NCBI GenBank assembly: GCA_002633005.1
Contig: NMRA01001009.1
Coordinates: 7,449 to 71,448 of the forward strand
Reading direction: 5' to 3'
Length of the DNA stretch: 64,000 bases
Source of the DNA: Phoronis australis
Taxonomy: Eukaryota; Animalia; Phoronida
The translations under genes and the position numbers were made by a program. Below the pieces are notes generated by a model. The model was not told the DNA's origin and searched no databases. It saw only the letters and a list, made by a program, of their open reading frames with translations. This document shows, one piece after another, positions 11,691-25,056 of the stretch (its first letter is position 1; each line of letters starts with the position of its first letter).

Positions 11691-14600
11691 AACAAATGCA
11701 GACCACTAGCGAACTTATCACAGACTCGAGATAAAACAATGACTGACTCGGCAGCTCACATAGTCAGACTGCATGAAAACAAACTGGCGAGAAATTCTAA
11801 ACCCTCTAAGCATCACGACTAATTAATAAAATTACAGGAAGTCATAATTAACTGAAAAATATGTCTGGAATTATTAAAAATGACACGAAAAAGGTTGTTT
11901 TCTCGTTTAAAGCGCATTGCGAGGGACAAGTGGTGAAAGCCAAGTATGTTACTCAGTGTCCGGATATCTTTTGTTTTCTCTATTTTTTTTGATAAGATAC
12001 CCACCAAAATTGTATGCTGTCATATGAGTCTCTCCAAAGTTCTTGAAGATGTGAAATTAGATAAATCTCAGCCCTAACTCTCCTTTTTGTTTGCAGCTCA
12101 AATTTTGCTATAAGAACCATTGAAAAACTTCCAGAGTTGGCTAAAACTTTAGCGAATCAGCTGTCCCTGACAGGGTCATTTTTGCAATTAGTTCGTTTCC
12201 TCACATGGCATGCATGTCCTTTGTAGTAAAGCGGTCTGGCTTCAAAAGTTTTGGGCTACTAAGCAAAAGTGCTATCAAAAACACTAGTGTCTTAGCCAAC
12301 ACTTTTGAAACAGGGAAGTAACCTTGCCTTTCACTCTATAATAACCAGTTATCACCTTCATATTTTTGAAGCAACAGGAAATGTATGGTTTTCCTTTCTT
12401 AATGAACACTGAAGGAACACTAACAGGAAGTTGTATATATATGGCCTAATAGATCATGTGCGTATGCCTGCTTAGTTAGAACCTTGATGTACATGCAAAG
12501 GTGTGCCTTAATTGGGCATGCAAAACAGTTGAGGGAATTCAAGGAGCATAATTTGAAGATAACAAAAGGGAATCTTGATTTATCAGTTAACAATTGATTT
12601 TCATGCGTATTATTTTATTACATTTAAGTACAAAAATTGGATACAATACGTACAAAAATTCCTAGTTTGATACATTTACATATTGGAGGAATAGCTGCCT
12701 ACACCTTTAAGTGAAGCTTAGTGGATAATCAGTTTGGTAAACATTTTCATTGAAATACGTTATCATGTCCTTATATGGGTAAACTCAAGGAGAACATTTT
12801 GAAGTAACATATAAATGTACATTTTATAAAACCATCGACATTTAGGTGTATTTAGTATACATAGCTATTTAAATAAAAAAATATTGGACATGAGACGTGG
12901 AAATTTCCCGGTTTACAATTGGAATATACCTTGAATATCAATCTACTCTAAAAGTCTCATAGTGAAACTTGCACAATCAGTTTAATAAACAATTTTCTTT
13001 GAGACAATGTCAATATTTTTGACTCAGGCACATGAAATGAAATACAGGCTGATGCCAAATAAAATGAGCTTGAATTGTCTTTACCACTGTTAAAATGTTC
13101 TAAAGCTGTATTAGGAAATTGGTTGAAGAATTGTTTTTACAAGAAGTTGATGTATTTTGCGTAAGCAGGAAGAGTTGCCTGGTAGGTGGGCTACTGGTCA
13201 TAAATAATGCAATTCATTAAACATGAATATTCATATTACATGGTTCAGGTTGTTATTTATGGTGGAGAGCATGTTGTTTTTTTCTGAGTGATTGTTCATA
13301 TGTCTGTTAAACTGGCAGCTAATGGCATTTTGAGGACTATCCCAAGTTTGTTTTAATCCTAATGTTATACTTAACTCAGTTCTTCATTGAATTTATTGTT
13401 AAGCACTAAGTTTCCTTTAAAAGTTATTGACAAGGTTATTGACCACTTGTTTGGCTTGCTAAAACTATTTCAAAGTGATTTCAATTTTCTAATGTTTCAT
13501 CCAAAAGTACCGAAATATGGTTTCAACACATCTATTAATTCAGGTCTGCGGTGAAATCTGTTTGTTTCCTGTCTGTCTTTGTTGTTTTACCTGCGAAATG
13601 ATTCTTGGTACGTATTCGTGGCTTGAAGTGATTAGGTTGACACCAAGAAATGAAAAATTTAGTCTTCGTGGTCTTTGCTTTATTAACAGTGTTGGATTAC
13701 ATGGTAAGTTTTCTTGGGTGCCTAAGCTACATGAAGTCTCAGACCCAATGATTTAAGCTGCCGTCAGTTGTCACAACTCCCCCATGTAGCTGACAGAACT
13801 TTGTAGAGACCCTGCTGTGACTACAAGATGTCACATAGACCTACGTACAGTACCCTAAGCTACAGCTTAGTAGCTATTTTGTAAGAGAGAAACCTACTCT
13901 GATTATGGTTAGCAATTCACACCCCAAGTTCTGTGTCAATGCAACACTTTAACAAGTTGGGAGGAAGGTTAAAGATTAAGTCTACTGATCTGTCATTAAT
14001 TATATCACACGTTCCCCTTATGATTTTTTTAGTAATTTAGTAAAAAGAAAGGCACATTCTTAGCAAAGTAACAGTTATGAATTTCCTTTGATATTATTAT
14101 TGAAGATGATATCTGAGAAACCCGTCGCCGTCTTCCTTTTCATTTTCGTGGAACTTTTGAATTTTTTCATGAAAAATCGTCAAGTTCCAAATTTTGATAG
14201 CGCCTTATTCAAAAGTAAGTCAATTCCTATTGGTGTTTTGGTGAACAGTGCATTATGGTCTTTCTTTGTTACGTTAGCGCATTCACCTCATTTTGCACAC
14301 TTAAAGTTATTTGGAAAATACTGCTTTGTCATCACTTATTTCACACGAGGCCAAAGGGTGGTACTTGGTAGCCTCACGTAATTTCCATGTGGTCAGTTTT
14401 GCAGACAAAGCCCTATGGTCAGTCCTAGTAATACACACCTTTGTGACGGATAAGCAAACCAGGATATCTCATGCTGTATCAAACTTGTGGTGAAAGGGTT
14501 TGTTGTTAATGCTTGGTTACTTAATAAATTTCTCAGGCTTGTCGTTGACAAAGTCTGTATATTCGGTTAATTTCATGCACTTCTACTAGATTATCACAAA

Positions 14601-14769
14601 AAGTACATGTCATTTGTTTTGTGTGAAATCAGTTGAAGAATTATTGTAATTCGTACCAACTGTAAGTTTCAGTTGAATCCTATTGGTCACTTTTGAGATT
14701 TATTTTCCATGTAGACAAATTTTGATGCTTTTCTATGGTTATTATGTCATTAGAGATGATGGATCCTAA

Positions 14770-15125
14770 ATTCTCTTGCACTTGGGCAGGGGCAGGTTAG
14801 TTCAATCTATTTTCCATTCACGTATCAAGTTTGTCTGGACCCAGAATCTGCGATGCAATGTTCCTTCGCCTTCAAACTTAATGATGGTATCTGTCTTGAT
14901 GATTCTAGGCTGGCACGTCATGGCAACACATATCCACTTACCATCATTTTCACCTGAATCATTTTGCAGGCGTCTTTGCTCTTTGATATATTTCAAGATG
15001 GTTTTGAGGTTGCTAAGTTTGGGCAGATCTCGTTGCTTGGTTTTGAGAGAAATCTTACAAAAGTTGCAAATCGTTTTCAATCTTTGTGAAGTCCAGTACA
15101 CATTTTATCAAGTTACTTTTTAATT
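14770..15125 (-). mobile_element. Possible LINE (L1/Tx1-like) ORF2 3' fragment
   Basis: ...PKLSNLKTILKYIKEQRRLQNDSGENDGKW resembles the C-terminal ...E......KW motif of Tx1/L1 ORF2; weak. Confidence 0.3.
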
Positions 15126-15469
15126 GCTCAATGTTAACATTTAAAGGTTTAATTTTGTAGATTCTCAATAACTGAAAACATTTCATGCCTTGTTAGATCG
15201 TCCTGCTGAGACGTCCTTAACTTTGATTTTAAGTTACACGTAGTTCGTTAACAGTGCTGGTAAAGGCATTCATTAACTCTGGAGTAATTATCAATCTCAA
15301 TTAGCTACAACGTTTTTGCTATTCTGAAAGTACACTGTTGCGTTAGCAATCATGCGCCTAGGACCATGTTAGTTTGGACCTTTGATGAAACGGAGCCCAC
15401 AATCAAACCTGACTTGCAGTTGGTGTCAGTAATATGCTCTTGCTCAAGATACCAACATTGTTTCCAATG

Positions 15470-15610
15470 CATTATTGTAATGTTACTGCTGTAATGTTAC
15501 CGTTGTAATGTTACCGCTGAAATGTTACCGCTGTAATGTAACCGCTGTAATGTTACCGCTGAAATGTTACCGCTGTAATGTTGCCGCTGTAATGTTGCCG
15601 CTGTAATGTT
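15470..15610. repeat. 14-bp tandem repeat (ctgtaatgttaccg), about 10 copies
   Basis: Directly visible; ends about 50 nt upstream of the 15662 acceptor. Confidence 0.9.
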
Positions 15611-15661
15611 NGTATGTATGCTGTCGTATAATATGCTGACATTTTCCATGTATCTTTACAG

Positions 15662-15786
15662 GGTGTAGTGCCTAAGGGCAATGCAACGAAGGAGAATATA
15701 ATGAAGTTGGGTCTACGTGAGGGCCAGGTGGTGTTCAAGTGCCCCAAGTGTGTTAGTATAAAGCCAGAGAGGGCTCACCATTGTAG
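15662..15786 (+). CDS. ZDHHC3: ZDHHC3/7-like exon (first half of the DHHC cysteine-rich domain)
   Basis: tttacag|GGT...TGTAG|gtaagt, 125 nt, encoding [41 protein letters not shown](S); phase 0 in, phase 2 out. Confidence 0.97.
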
Positions 15787-16210
15787 GTAAGTCATCAAAC
15801 ATCCCAATTGTGTTAGTGTAAAGACAGAGGGTCCACTGTTGTAGGTAAGTCATCTAGTGCCAAAGTGTGTTAGTATAAAGACAGAGAGGGTCCATGGTTG
15901 TAGGTAAGTCTTCTAGTGTGCATAGTGTGTTAGTGTAAAGACAGAGAGGGTCCATGGTTGTAGGTAAGTCTTCTAGTGTGCATAGTGTGTTAGTGTAAAG
16001 ACAGAGAGGGTACATGGTTGTAGGTAAGTCTTCTAGTGTGCATAGTGTGTTAGTGTAAAGACAGAGAGGGTACATGGTTGTAGGTTAGTCTTCTAGTGCG
16101 CAAAATGTGTTGGTCTAAAGACAGAGATGGTCCGCCATTGGAGGTAATTCATCAAGTACACCAGGTGTGTTTGTGAGAAGACAAGAGAAGGTCCACCATT
16201 GTAGGATTGT
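15745..16210 (+). repeat. About 60-bp tandem array made from the exon 3' end plus 5' splice site
   Basis: AG|GTAAGT at 15787, 15845, 15904, 15964 and 16024; variants GTTAGT at 16084 and GTAATT at 16144. Confidence 0.95.
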
Positions 16211-17728
16211 TCACCTAGTGCTTGAGGGTACTACTAAACATGACTATCAGTGTCTTATCCTAGTTGTGTGTAGTTTTGCTCGTTCACCTAGTTCCCGAGG
16301 GTACCTATAAACATCACTGTCAGTGTTTTATCTCGGTTATTGGTAGTTTGGCTGGCTAAATATTACTGACGATGGTTCGCCAAGTTCTTGAGGATACAAC
16401 TAAACATGACTGTCGGTGTCTTATCCTGGTTCTGTACTTTCCCTGGGTAGATGTGACTGTGGTTTTCCAATCTCAATCTTACCAGAGATAGTTCTTTTTA
16501 TGACTTATATTTATTCTCATTGTTACTCCACAGTAATTGTTTTTTCTAACCCTTCTTCCTTATTATCTCTGAAAAAATGAGCTTTGCGAATACATGATCT
16601 TTAGTTCATCACAGACATACACTGAACATAAAATGCTTAATATTTTTATTCGTGCCAAAGATGATTCAATTGTCATTATTGGCCTCTAGAACCAGCCTGC
16701 CCGCTAGTGGTTATTGCCGTCTGCAATGGAAGGGGCCTCAAATTCAAATCTAGCTTAGAGCCAGCCTAAGGTTAAGACCAGTCCTTTAAGCAAGCATAAT
16801 GTATTTAAAGAGGGAGTGTGCAGTCTATCTGACTATTTTCGTGGATGTGACCATGACTGTTTCTTAGCTTCTGAAGTAAAAGGAGGCATATTTTTCTTTG
16901 TTGGCCTAGATGAAAAATCACCTAGATGTTGAGTGTTGAGCTTAAATGCTTACTAACTTAGGGCCTTTGATTTAGTGCAGTGGTACTAATACATTGCTTA
17001 CATATGGTGTTATAACAATGTCTTTACAGTTGTTGCTAAAACTGTCCCTTTTCATTTCCCAAAGTCTTCTAATGTGGTTGTGATTGTCCAGAATTTTTCA
17101 AAATTGTGATTGATGCCAGCTTATCAATGAAATAATTTAGAATTTATTTGGTATGTTGTGTCCTAAATTAGCTAGCGAGATTTTACCTTTGTCGCATATT
17201 TTGTTGCTAATTGGTTGACAAGACTATGTGCGTAGGTCGCTGTTAAGATGTTTAATTTTGTGCATATTGATGTAAGATAATTGACATTTTACCATCCATA
17301 TTCTCATGGACTAGGGTACTTAAAACCTCACATTAAGTTGTTTTATTGTTCTATGACGTCAAGCCTATTGTATGACAGTTACAGCGTGATGCTAATGACA
17401 TTGTTGTGTTTGGTGTATCTAATTACTGCAACTATCATCAGTGTCGTTTTGTCCTAGACCTCTGCCATTGAGCAAACATCAGCTTGTCACTAGCAGTATG
17501 TCCATGTTGAACACTGCTGCATTAAATTGCCAACGAAACAAGAGAGAAAAGTGAAGAATCTGACTTGTTGGTTTAAAAAATTTATGTTTGTATTTGTCGT
17601 TATTCTTTGTCGTTTGTCACTTGTGTTTACCAAGAATAACAAAAAGAAGACCATGTCATTGCACAGTATTTGTCAAGCACCTTGTCGTTTACGCATTTGG
17701 CATCTGTCCTGCTCATCTCACCAAACTG

Positions 17729-18065
17729 TTTTTATGCGCCCATCATATTTATATGCAGTTGCATATTGCCGTCATCTCTGCCTGGGCGTCTGGCGTCTGC
17801 AGCTGTATCTCTTAAACCCCTCACAGGATCTTGATGAGATTAGGCAGATGTGTCCCTATAAAGCTGGCGACGAATGATGACGAATTTTGGACCTATCCAA
17901 GTACTGCTGTGCAGCGTAGTGGCAATTTCATTTTTTAGCATTGTCTCTGTTTATTTGGATGGATTTCTATGAAATTTAGCAAATAGGTTTCTATTAAGTA
18001 GGCAACAACACCTTTCCATTTTGGAATGGCTCTTGGCAATTGTGCACCACCTAGTGGACATTTAT
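17729..18065 (+). mobile_element. Truncated HINE/DINE-like (Helentron-associated) element
   Basis: Same 5' end (ttttatgcgccca..., gcgtct repeats, cacctagtgg core) as the copies at 20815 and 28189. Confidence 0.7.
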
Positions 18066-18069
18066 AAAG

Positions 18070-18625
18070 TTTCCTGTGGTGAAGACAATACTGTCACCTT
18101 CAGTCACTGTTACCTGTGGTGAAGACCATGCTATCACCTTCAGTCATTGTTACCTGTGGTGAAGACAATAATATGACCTTCAGTCATTGTTACCTGTGGT
18201 GAAGACAATACTATGACCTTCAGTCACTGTTACCTGTGGTCAAGGCAATACTATGACCTTCAATCACAATTACCTGTGGCGAAGACAATACTATCACCTT
18301 CAGTCATTGTTACCTGTAGCGAAGTTAATACTATGACTTTCAGTCACTGTTACCTGTGGTGGAGACAATGCTATCACCTTCAGTCATTGTTACCTGTAGC
18401 GAAGACAAAACTATGACTTTCAGTCACTGTTACCTGTAGCGAAAACAATACTATGACTTTCAGTCACTGTTTCCTGTGGTGGAGACAATATTATCACCTT
18501 CAGTCATTGTTACCTGCAGTGGAGACGATACTTTCACCTTCAGTCATCGTTATCTGTAGCGAAGACAGTACTATGACTTTCAGCCAGTGTTACCTGTGGT
18601 TAAGACAATACCATCACCTTAAGTC
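18070..18625. repeat. 40-bp minisatellite, about 14 copies
   Basis: Unit ttacctgtggtgaagacaatactatgaccttcagtcactg. Confidence 0.95.
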
Positions 18626-18787
18626 ATCCCTGCTCCCCAGTCCTCTAATAGCAGATAGTCCTGTGGTTGAAGCAGTGGATTGCAGCTTGGCAATATTGTT
18701 CGTTACCCTTTCTGAACATATTAACTACTATGGTGACACTGGACAGAGGATATAAGGAGAAACTCATGCCCACCGCTTCTCTTGCAG

Positions 18788-18884
18788 TGTATGTCAGCGT
18801 TGTATCAAGAAGATGGACCACCACTGTCCTTGGGTCAACAATTGTGTGGGTGAAAACAACCAGAAATATTTTGTACTCTTTACA
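18788..18884 (+). CDS. ZDHHC3: ZDHHC3/7-like exon with the catalytic DHHC motif
   Basis: cttgcag|T...ACA|gtaagt, 97 nt, encoding (S)[32 protein letters not shown]; intact DHHC; phases match neighbours. Confidence 0.98.
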
Positions 18885-20814
18885 GTAAGTATTTTTATAT
18901 ATGGAATCAAGAATTAGTCGAATACTGTTTCGAACTTTCGATATATTTGTCAATCCTCCAAAGAACACCTATAGAGCAGATCACCAACAGACATAACAAC
19001 AATGGAGAAAATGGCGGATATATTTTGTAACTGGTCACATGTCATCTTCAAGCAAAAATAAAACGACTCGGGATTAACAGCAGTAGGTCACATGAGGTCA
19101 GAATGTACTCGGGGTGTAAATCAATAATAACAGTAGCTTAAAACCAACAACGTTGTTTTGTAGTCACGAAATTTTGCCTTCAAGAGTTACTGCTGTCAAA
19201 GTACATTTATTGAGATTGTGCAACTATTTTTTGAATCTATGAATCTTGTTTAAGTTGAGAGTATAGTCAGTTCAAAGAAGTCTTATCCACAGTCTGTGTA
19301 TATTGTCTTGTAACATTGAAGTGTCCAGTAGCTTAGCTAGCATTAACCAAGACTGAATATGGAGTTTTCTCTAATAGCTGTACACTCTGTTAGTTCATAC
19401 ACGGCCATTGAAAAATAGCATTTGTTTTTAATAGTTTGTACAATAAGAGTCCGAGGGAGTATTATTGTTCGTACCCGTATTTGCATTGGAAAAAATGATT
19501 CGCAGATGCTATTTGGATAGGTAAATTTGTATTCTTATAAAAGAACACAATTCGATGAGCGCCAATGAATTCTATTTGGGTAATCGGAATATGTGATTTT
19601 ATATATGGCACTAGTATAGGGCTTGAAAAGTCGTTTTTGAGCTCGCCATTTTTGGTGACGGCAAGATTTTCCAGCGTGTCGCCAAACGGTGGTAAAAATG
19701 TCACAACAGTGGATTTTCCCAACACAGGTTCTGTTGTCCTCAGATTATTGCTTCACAAATACATCTACAAAATTGCAGAGTACTAGTACCGTGCGGTCCT
19801 AGACCTTGTTAGAGCTGATTCTGGCAACTGCAGTGTGTAGACGAGCAGTGACGATCCAGCACTCCACTTGCATTGCAACTGTTCTCACTTGGGTGGTAAC
19901 GGTGCAGAATTGCACGGGTGTAACCTTTACGTGTTGCAGAAGTTAATCATAGATTATTTATGGTTACAGTCCCGTGACATGAGTAGAACTGTGCGCATAT
20001 TCAGTTTGTTAGATTTTTAAATACTTGTAATATAAATTCACATTGCCAAACCACCGTCTCAGAGGTGGTCGTTTCACTCATTGCTGTTCTCGATCTTTAT
20101 CTCAAGCACTTGATTTTCATCTCTAATTGCTTGTATGGCCAGTTTTGTCTCTATTAATTCAGACATGAAGCTCTCAAGGGAAATTATATCATACGCTAGT
20201 GTACGAAATATTAGAGAAAACTCTGTAACGGGTAAAATCTCCAATATTGCACCCTAATGGGAATCGCCATTTTTTATTCATAACTAATTAGTTTATGGTA
20301 AAATATCTCCAATTTTGGACAAAAATAATTGTCAAAATTGATCTTTTATCATTTTTCAAAGTATTCTAATGTTGTGAATGGCCACAGTTTCTCAAAACAT
20401 TCTCTGATTGTAGCTTTGGTATAAAACTTTAAAATGTTAAAGCATTTGGTTGGTGCTACTTCTCGTTCATGAAAAAATGAAGAAATTAAATTTCTCTTTT
20501 GTCAATTATATTGTGTCCTCAATTGACAAGGTTTTACCGTATTTAGAAACATATTTTTGTCTTGTTAGTTCATATCCCATGACATACCTGGAACAGGTGC
20601 AAATTCAGTGTGGTTCCTTGGTCAAAGAAAGTAACCAAGTTTCCTAATATGAACACAGTTAAAGCCCTTTAGGTGGTCCACGAGAGGGGGGGCACATTGT
20701 GTTTTTAATACCCCAATTATGTCATAATTTCTATTTGCCTGTTGGCTGGGAGTAGAAAACTTGACTAATGAACAAGTGCAGCCTGATCATCCCTGAAAAA
20801 ATAACCATTTATTG

Positions 20815-21925
20815 TTATGCGCCCACATATTTATATGTGGACGCATTATGCCGTCATCTCCGTCTGTCCGTCCGTACGGGTGGCGTCCGTCCGGCGTCCG
20901 CTGCTCTGTCTCCAAAACCCTTTGACATATGTTCATGAAATTTGGCACATATGTTCCATTCATGAATGGGACGGCATGTGCGAACTTTCGGGCGGATCCG
21001 ACCACCGGTGTGCCCCCTAGTGGCAATTTTAGTTTTTTACGCTTACCTTTGTATCTTCAAAAGTCCTGAACGGATTTTCATGAAATTTGGTATGTATGCA
21101 CCTATTAGTGAGATGACGCTATCCTCCCGTTTTCAGATGGATTCGACGTAGTTTGCGCCACCTAGTGGCCATTTTTAGTGTTTTCNNNNNNNNNNNNNNN
21201 NNNNNNNNNNNNNNNNNNNNNNNNNNNNNNNNNNNNNNNNNNNNNNNNNNNNNNNNNNNNNNNNNNNNNNNNNNNNNNNNNNNNNNNNNNNNNNNNNNNN
21301 NNNNNNNNNNNNNNNNNNNNNNNNNNNNNNNNNNNNNNNNNNNNNNNNNNNNNNNNNNNNNNNNNTTTTTTGCGCCCATGGCTGTATCTCCCAAACCGTT
21401 TGCAGGATCTTTACTAAATTTAGCAAGTGTATTAATGTGATGTTGACAACGGACGATAACGACTTTAGGATGATTCTGATTACCGGTATGCCTCTAGTGG
21501 CAATTTTAGTATTTGCCTCTAGTGGCAATTTTAGTATTTTACATTGACCTCTGTATTTTCATAGGTCTTCAGGTGTATACTTTGTGTTACTTCATGACTG
21601 TGAAGGAAAAGTTCCAAGTAGAAATTTGTTTCTGGCATTCTAATGCTGTGCTAATCTCGTATGTTGGTAAATTTGTTTTTAATTTTTTGTTTCTGTGGTG
21701 CTTTAAGCAACTGATGTATAGGATGTGCTTGTATTATGAAGATCACTCACATTTTGCCCCTTAGCCTATTGAGGAGACAATGACCATGCCTTTCCATTTT
21801 GCAAAGTACAACATACTACATATATGCCCTCTACTGGCCACTTTATGGTACCAATAAACAACCCTAGAAGGATACCGTATACGGTGCAATTGTGGGCGCA
21901 TTTCAACGCTCTGCGTTGCTCTTGT
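20815..21925 (+). mobile_element. HINE/DINE-like non-autonomous Helentron element (spans an assembly gap)
   Basis: 5' subterminal inverted repeat tgcgcccaca/tgtggacgca, GTCC microsatellite, internal repeats with cctagtggc, 3' tgtgggcgca plus hairpin caacgc-tct-gcgttg. Confidence 0.8.
21186..21365. other. Assembly gap (180 N)
   Basis: Run of N inside the HINE internal repeats. Confidence 1.
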
Positions 21926-22339
21926 AAAACATTGATTTTCTCTTGATAGGTTAAAAAGTAGAGCTTTATGAAGTTGTGCATGATCTTAATTGGTGTTTGG
22001 AATCAGTTGGGATTCTATTGTGTAGTGATAATTGAAACTTTCTGTTCCATTGCACAGATTTAATTGGGTTTTGGTATACCAGGTAATCATTATATCTTTA
22101 TTCAAGTCATCTGAGGTCTGTTGAATATGTGTATTCCCAGAACATCTGCTGTTCTTAGAATCCACTATGTGATCAGACTCCAGGGATATTTATGTGTAGC
22201 TTGATTATTAGATGATATTTTGGTTGTGATTGTTTCTCAGAACATAATGCAAAGACCATTGCTTTTTATTTCCTTTGTGCTTAAAAAGTCGGGTGAAAAT
22301 CAAATTCGACTCGGGTGAGCAATCACTGGAGGGTTGCGA

Positions 22340-22885
22340 AATCACTGACTGAGAGACTAAAATTGGCGGATGGTGTTTGGTAAATGTAGCGAAATCACTT
22401 GCTGAGAATTGGACTAAAATTGACGGATGTTAGCAGACTTCTTGGCCTTGTCTGCTAGTCCTTTGTTGATGACTGGAGTAGTTTCTGCTGTGTATGCTTG
22501 ATCAGGATGTCACTGTAGAGGGGAGATAATTGAACACCACGGTCTTGGTTCAAAAGGAGGCGCTGGATCCTGATTTTGATAGATTCCTTGATTTTACATA
22601 TATGCCAGTTCTGCTCCTTGCCAATGATCTTGGCAGAGGCAAGAGAGACAGAATGTCCATAGACCAATGTGCGCCCACCCACGGCAGTTTGTCTGTCAAG
22701 TTTCTGGGTTCTTTAAGCCTGGCTCCGATCCTTCGTTTTCTCAATATAAATGTGACATCCTTATCAAGCATACGGCGGTAAATACTCCAGTTATCTACTA
22801 AGGCCTGGCAGACTAGGCTGAAACATCCGCTACTATCTTTTAATTTTAGTCTCTCATTAAAGTGGTTTCGCTAACAGTTACCAAT
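22340..22885 (-). mobile_element. Penelope-like 3' fragment with inverted terminal repeats
   Basis: Minus strand EQNWHICKIKESIKIRIQRLLLNQDRGVQLSPLYSDIL is the Penelope endonuclease C-terminus. 22340-22430 is inverted relative to 22820-22885. Confidence 0.8.
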
Positions 22886-23367
22886 GTCATCGATAGACAA
22901 TGATCAACCTATTTTCCTGAATTATCTATTTGTATACCAATGCCTGCTTTTAATTTTCCTTTTGCAAACAATACAATTTAGCCCTGCGAGAAATAGCGCT
23001 GTGCCTTGGGGCAACAAAAAAAAACTCTGCCAGCATGTAGCTTTAGGGCTGTTATGAGCCTTTGTCTGTGTTTAGGTTCCCCTAATGATATCTGAGATCC
23101 GCCAGTGTAAAGTTATTTAAAAATGAAATTATGAAAGTGAGGAGGGCTGCGTAAAGCCACGGAAGGCTTCAGGTTATTAATATATACCTGAAGCCTCCCA
23201 ATGCTAATAATAATCCAACTGTATAAAACATGTTTTTGTAGCAGTTGTTGTAACTTTATTGTAACCTGGGTTACACTTTAAGAAACCGGTGAACAATGTT
23301 TTTAAAGTGATTTTGTATTATATTTATTGCGCAATTAGTTATTGAATGTCTGTTTATTTCATTTCAG

Positions 23368-23449
23368 TTGTATATTTGCCTTATATCCATCCATGCCCTC
23401 TATATGTCAGTTAATCACTTCATTGTGTGTGTACGACAGGACTGGAAAG
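23368..23449 (+). CDS. ZDHHC3: ZDHHC3/7-like exon (TM3)
   Basis: atttcag|TTG...AAAG|gtaagt, 82 nt, encoding LYICLISIHALYMSVNHFIVCVRQDWK; phase 0 in, phase 1 out. Confidence 0.95.
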
Positions 23450-24156
23450 GTAAGTCAAGTCTTGGTAAAATGTTCAGTTTGGCTATATTTCTTCAACCTG
23501 GAGCAGAATCAATATAATATTACAGAAAGTTAAATTTTTAATTTCTCATAGGCATAATACAGTCTGTGTTAAAAATGTTCTTTAGTGACGATTGTGCTAT
23601 TCAGACCTCATGGAGATATTTCTTCTTAAAGGCATATTAAGTGCTGTTTAGGTAATATGACTATTACCTTGGGACATCTAGTTTCACACGATGAGGAGTC
23701 AACTAGTCAACTATTTTGATTAAATGTTGTCACAGTCACAAAGTATTTAGTCCTGTTGACATTTTTTTTGCATTCTATGGATACACTGTGGTCAGAGCAT
23801 AACTCATAGGTGCTATTTTTGGCTTGAAGGGGCATTATTGGTTTACAGACAAAAAACATTTTATGTGGTTGTTGGATGGACCAGAACTATAAAACAACAT
23901 AATTCATTGTGTTTTTTTGAGATTTCATTACAAATCACCAGTTCTTGCCAGACATTCAGTGAAATCAATGTCAGTGACTTTACCAGTTAAACAATGTTAA
24001 ATTATTCTGCCATCTACCCAGTGGGCTTTAGTTCTGCCAGCTTTATGTTTCAACCGCATGGATTCCATGTTCGATTCCCGTCGGCGATGGAGGAAATTTA
24101 AGAAAATGTCGCCGATAATGCTTCTTAAAACACCGCATCATTCTTATTTCCACTTT

Positions 24157-24292
24157 AGACCTGCCACAGCAGTACTCAATATAACTCTTTAATTCTACCA
24201 AGACCTGCCACAGCAGTACTCAATATAACTCTTTAATTCTACCAAGACCTGCCACAGCAGTACTCAATATAACTCTTTAATTCTACCAAGAC
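24157..24292. repeat. 44-bp tandem repeat, 3 perfect copies
   Basis: agacctgccacagcagtactcaatataactctttaattctacca at 24157, 24201 and 24245. Confidence 0.95.
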
Positions 24293-25056
24293 ATTTGATG
24301 AAATGAAATTTCACTGTTTTTCCACATTGTTATCTAAATTGATGAAGCTTTCACTGTCTACTTATTAGTCATCATTGATTTTAGTCTTCAGATGAGCCAT
24401 CAATTCCTTGTGTACTGGTTTTTGTATATTGAGCTGTATTGCTAGTCAGGATTGTTTAAACTAACTTAGCACCAGGTTTGTTAATGATGTAGGTATTTAA
24501 AACAATGTTTTGTTTTATTATTGAAGAAAGAGTTTGGACTTGAACATTATGTAGGACAAGTCTGTTCAGTCAGCTAAAAATGTACAAAACTGTAGATTGT
24601 AAAAGTGTCTAATTATTTTATGAAAGTAGAAAGCCATTAGAATTAGATTTTTCACTTTTTGCCAATCTGTCATTAATTGGGACACTTGACCATGTCTCTT
24701 TAGTGAAATTTAGCAAAAAATGATATCCATAAGATGAACAACTTTCTTTTGATGTTCAAGATAAAATCTCAGACATGATGCTACAAATTTCTAAATTATC
24801 TTTTCATTTTTGTTCTATTTCACTTTGGGTTTTTTTAATGAAAATCTTGAAATTCCTGTGTGCTCCTCATACAAAAGTAGAAGTTGAACGCTCTAAAAAC
24901 TCCTAACAATGGTTTGGGGAACTGCAAAAAGCACAGTATCTGAAATTTTCGTAGGAATCCGGTCATCCATTATTGAGATAAGAACATATTTCTATGGTCC
25001 TGCATCACCTTCATTTCTGTTGTTGCTAGGCGATAATTTCTGGTGGAATCATTCAN

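Noticed and set aside
24005-24100. tRNA gene (GTTCGATTCCC B-box)
   Set aside because: No cloverleaf or intact A-box; at most a SINE remnant.
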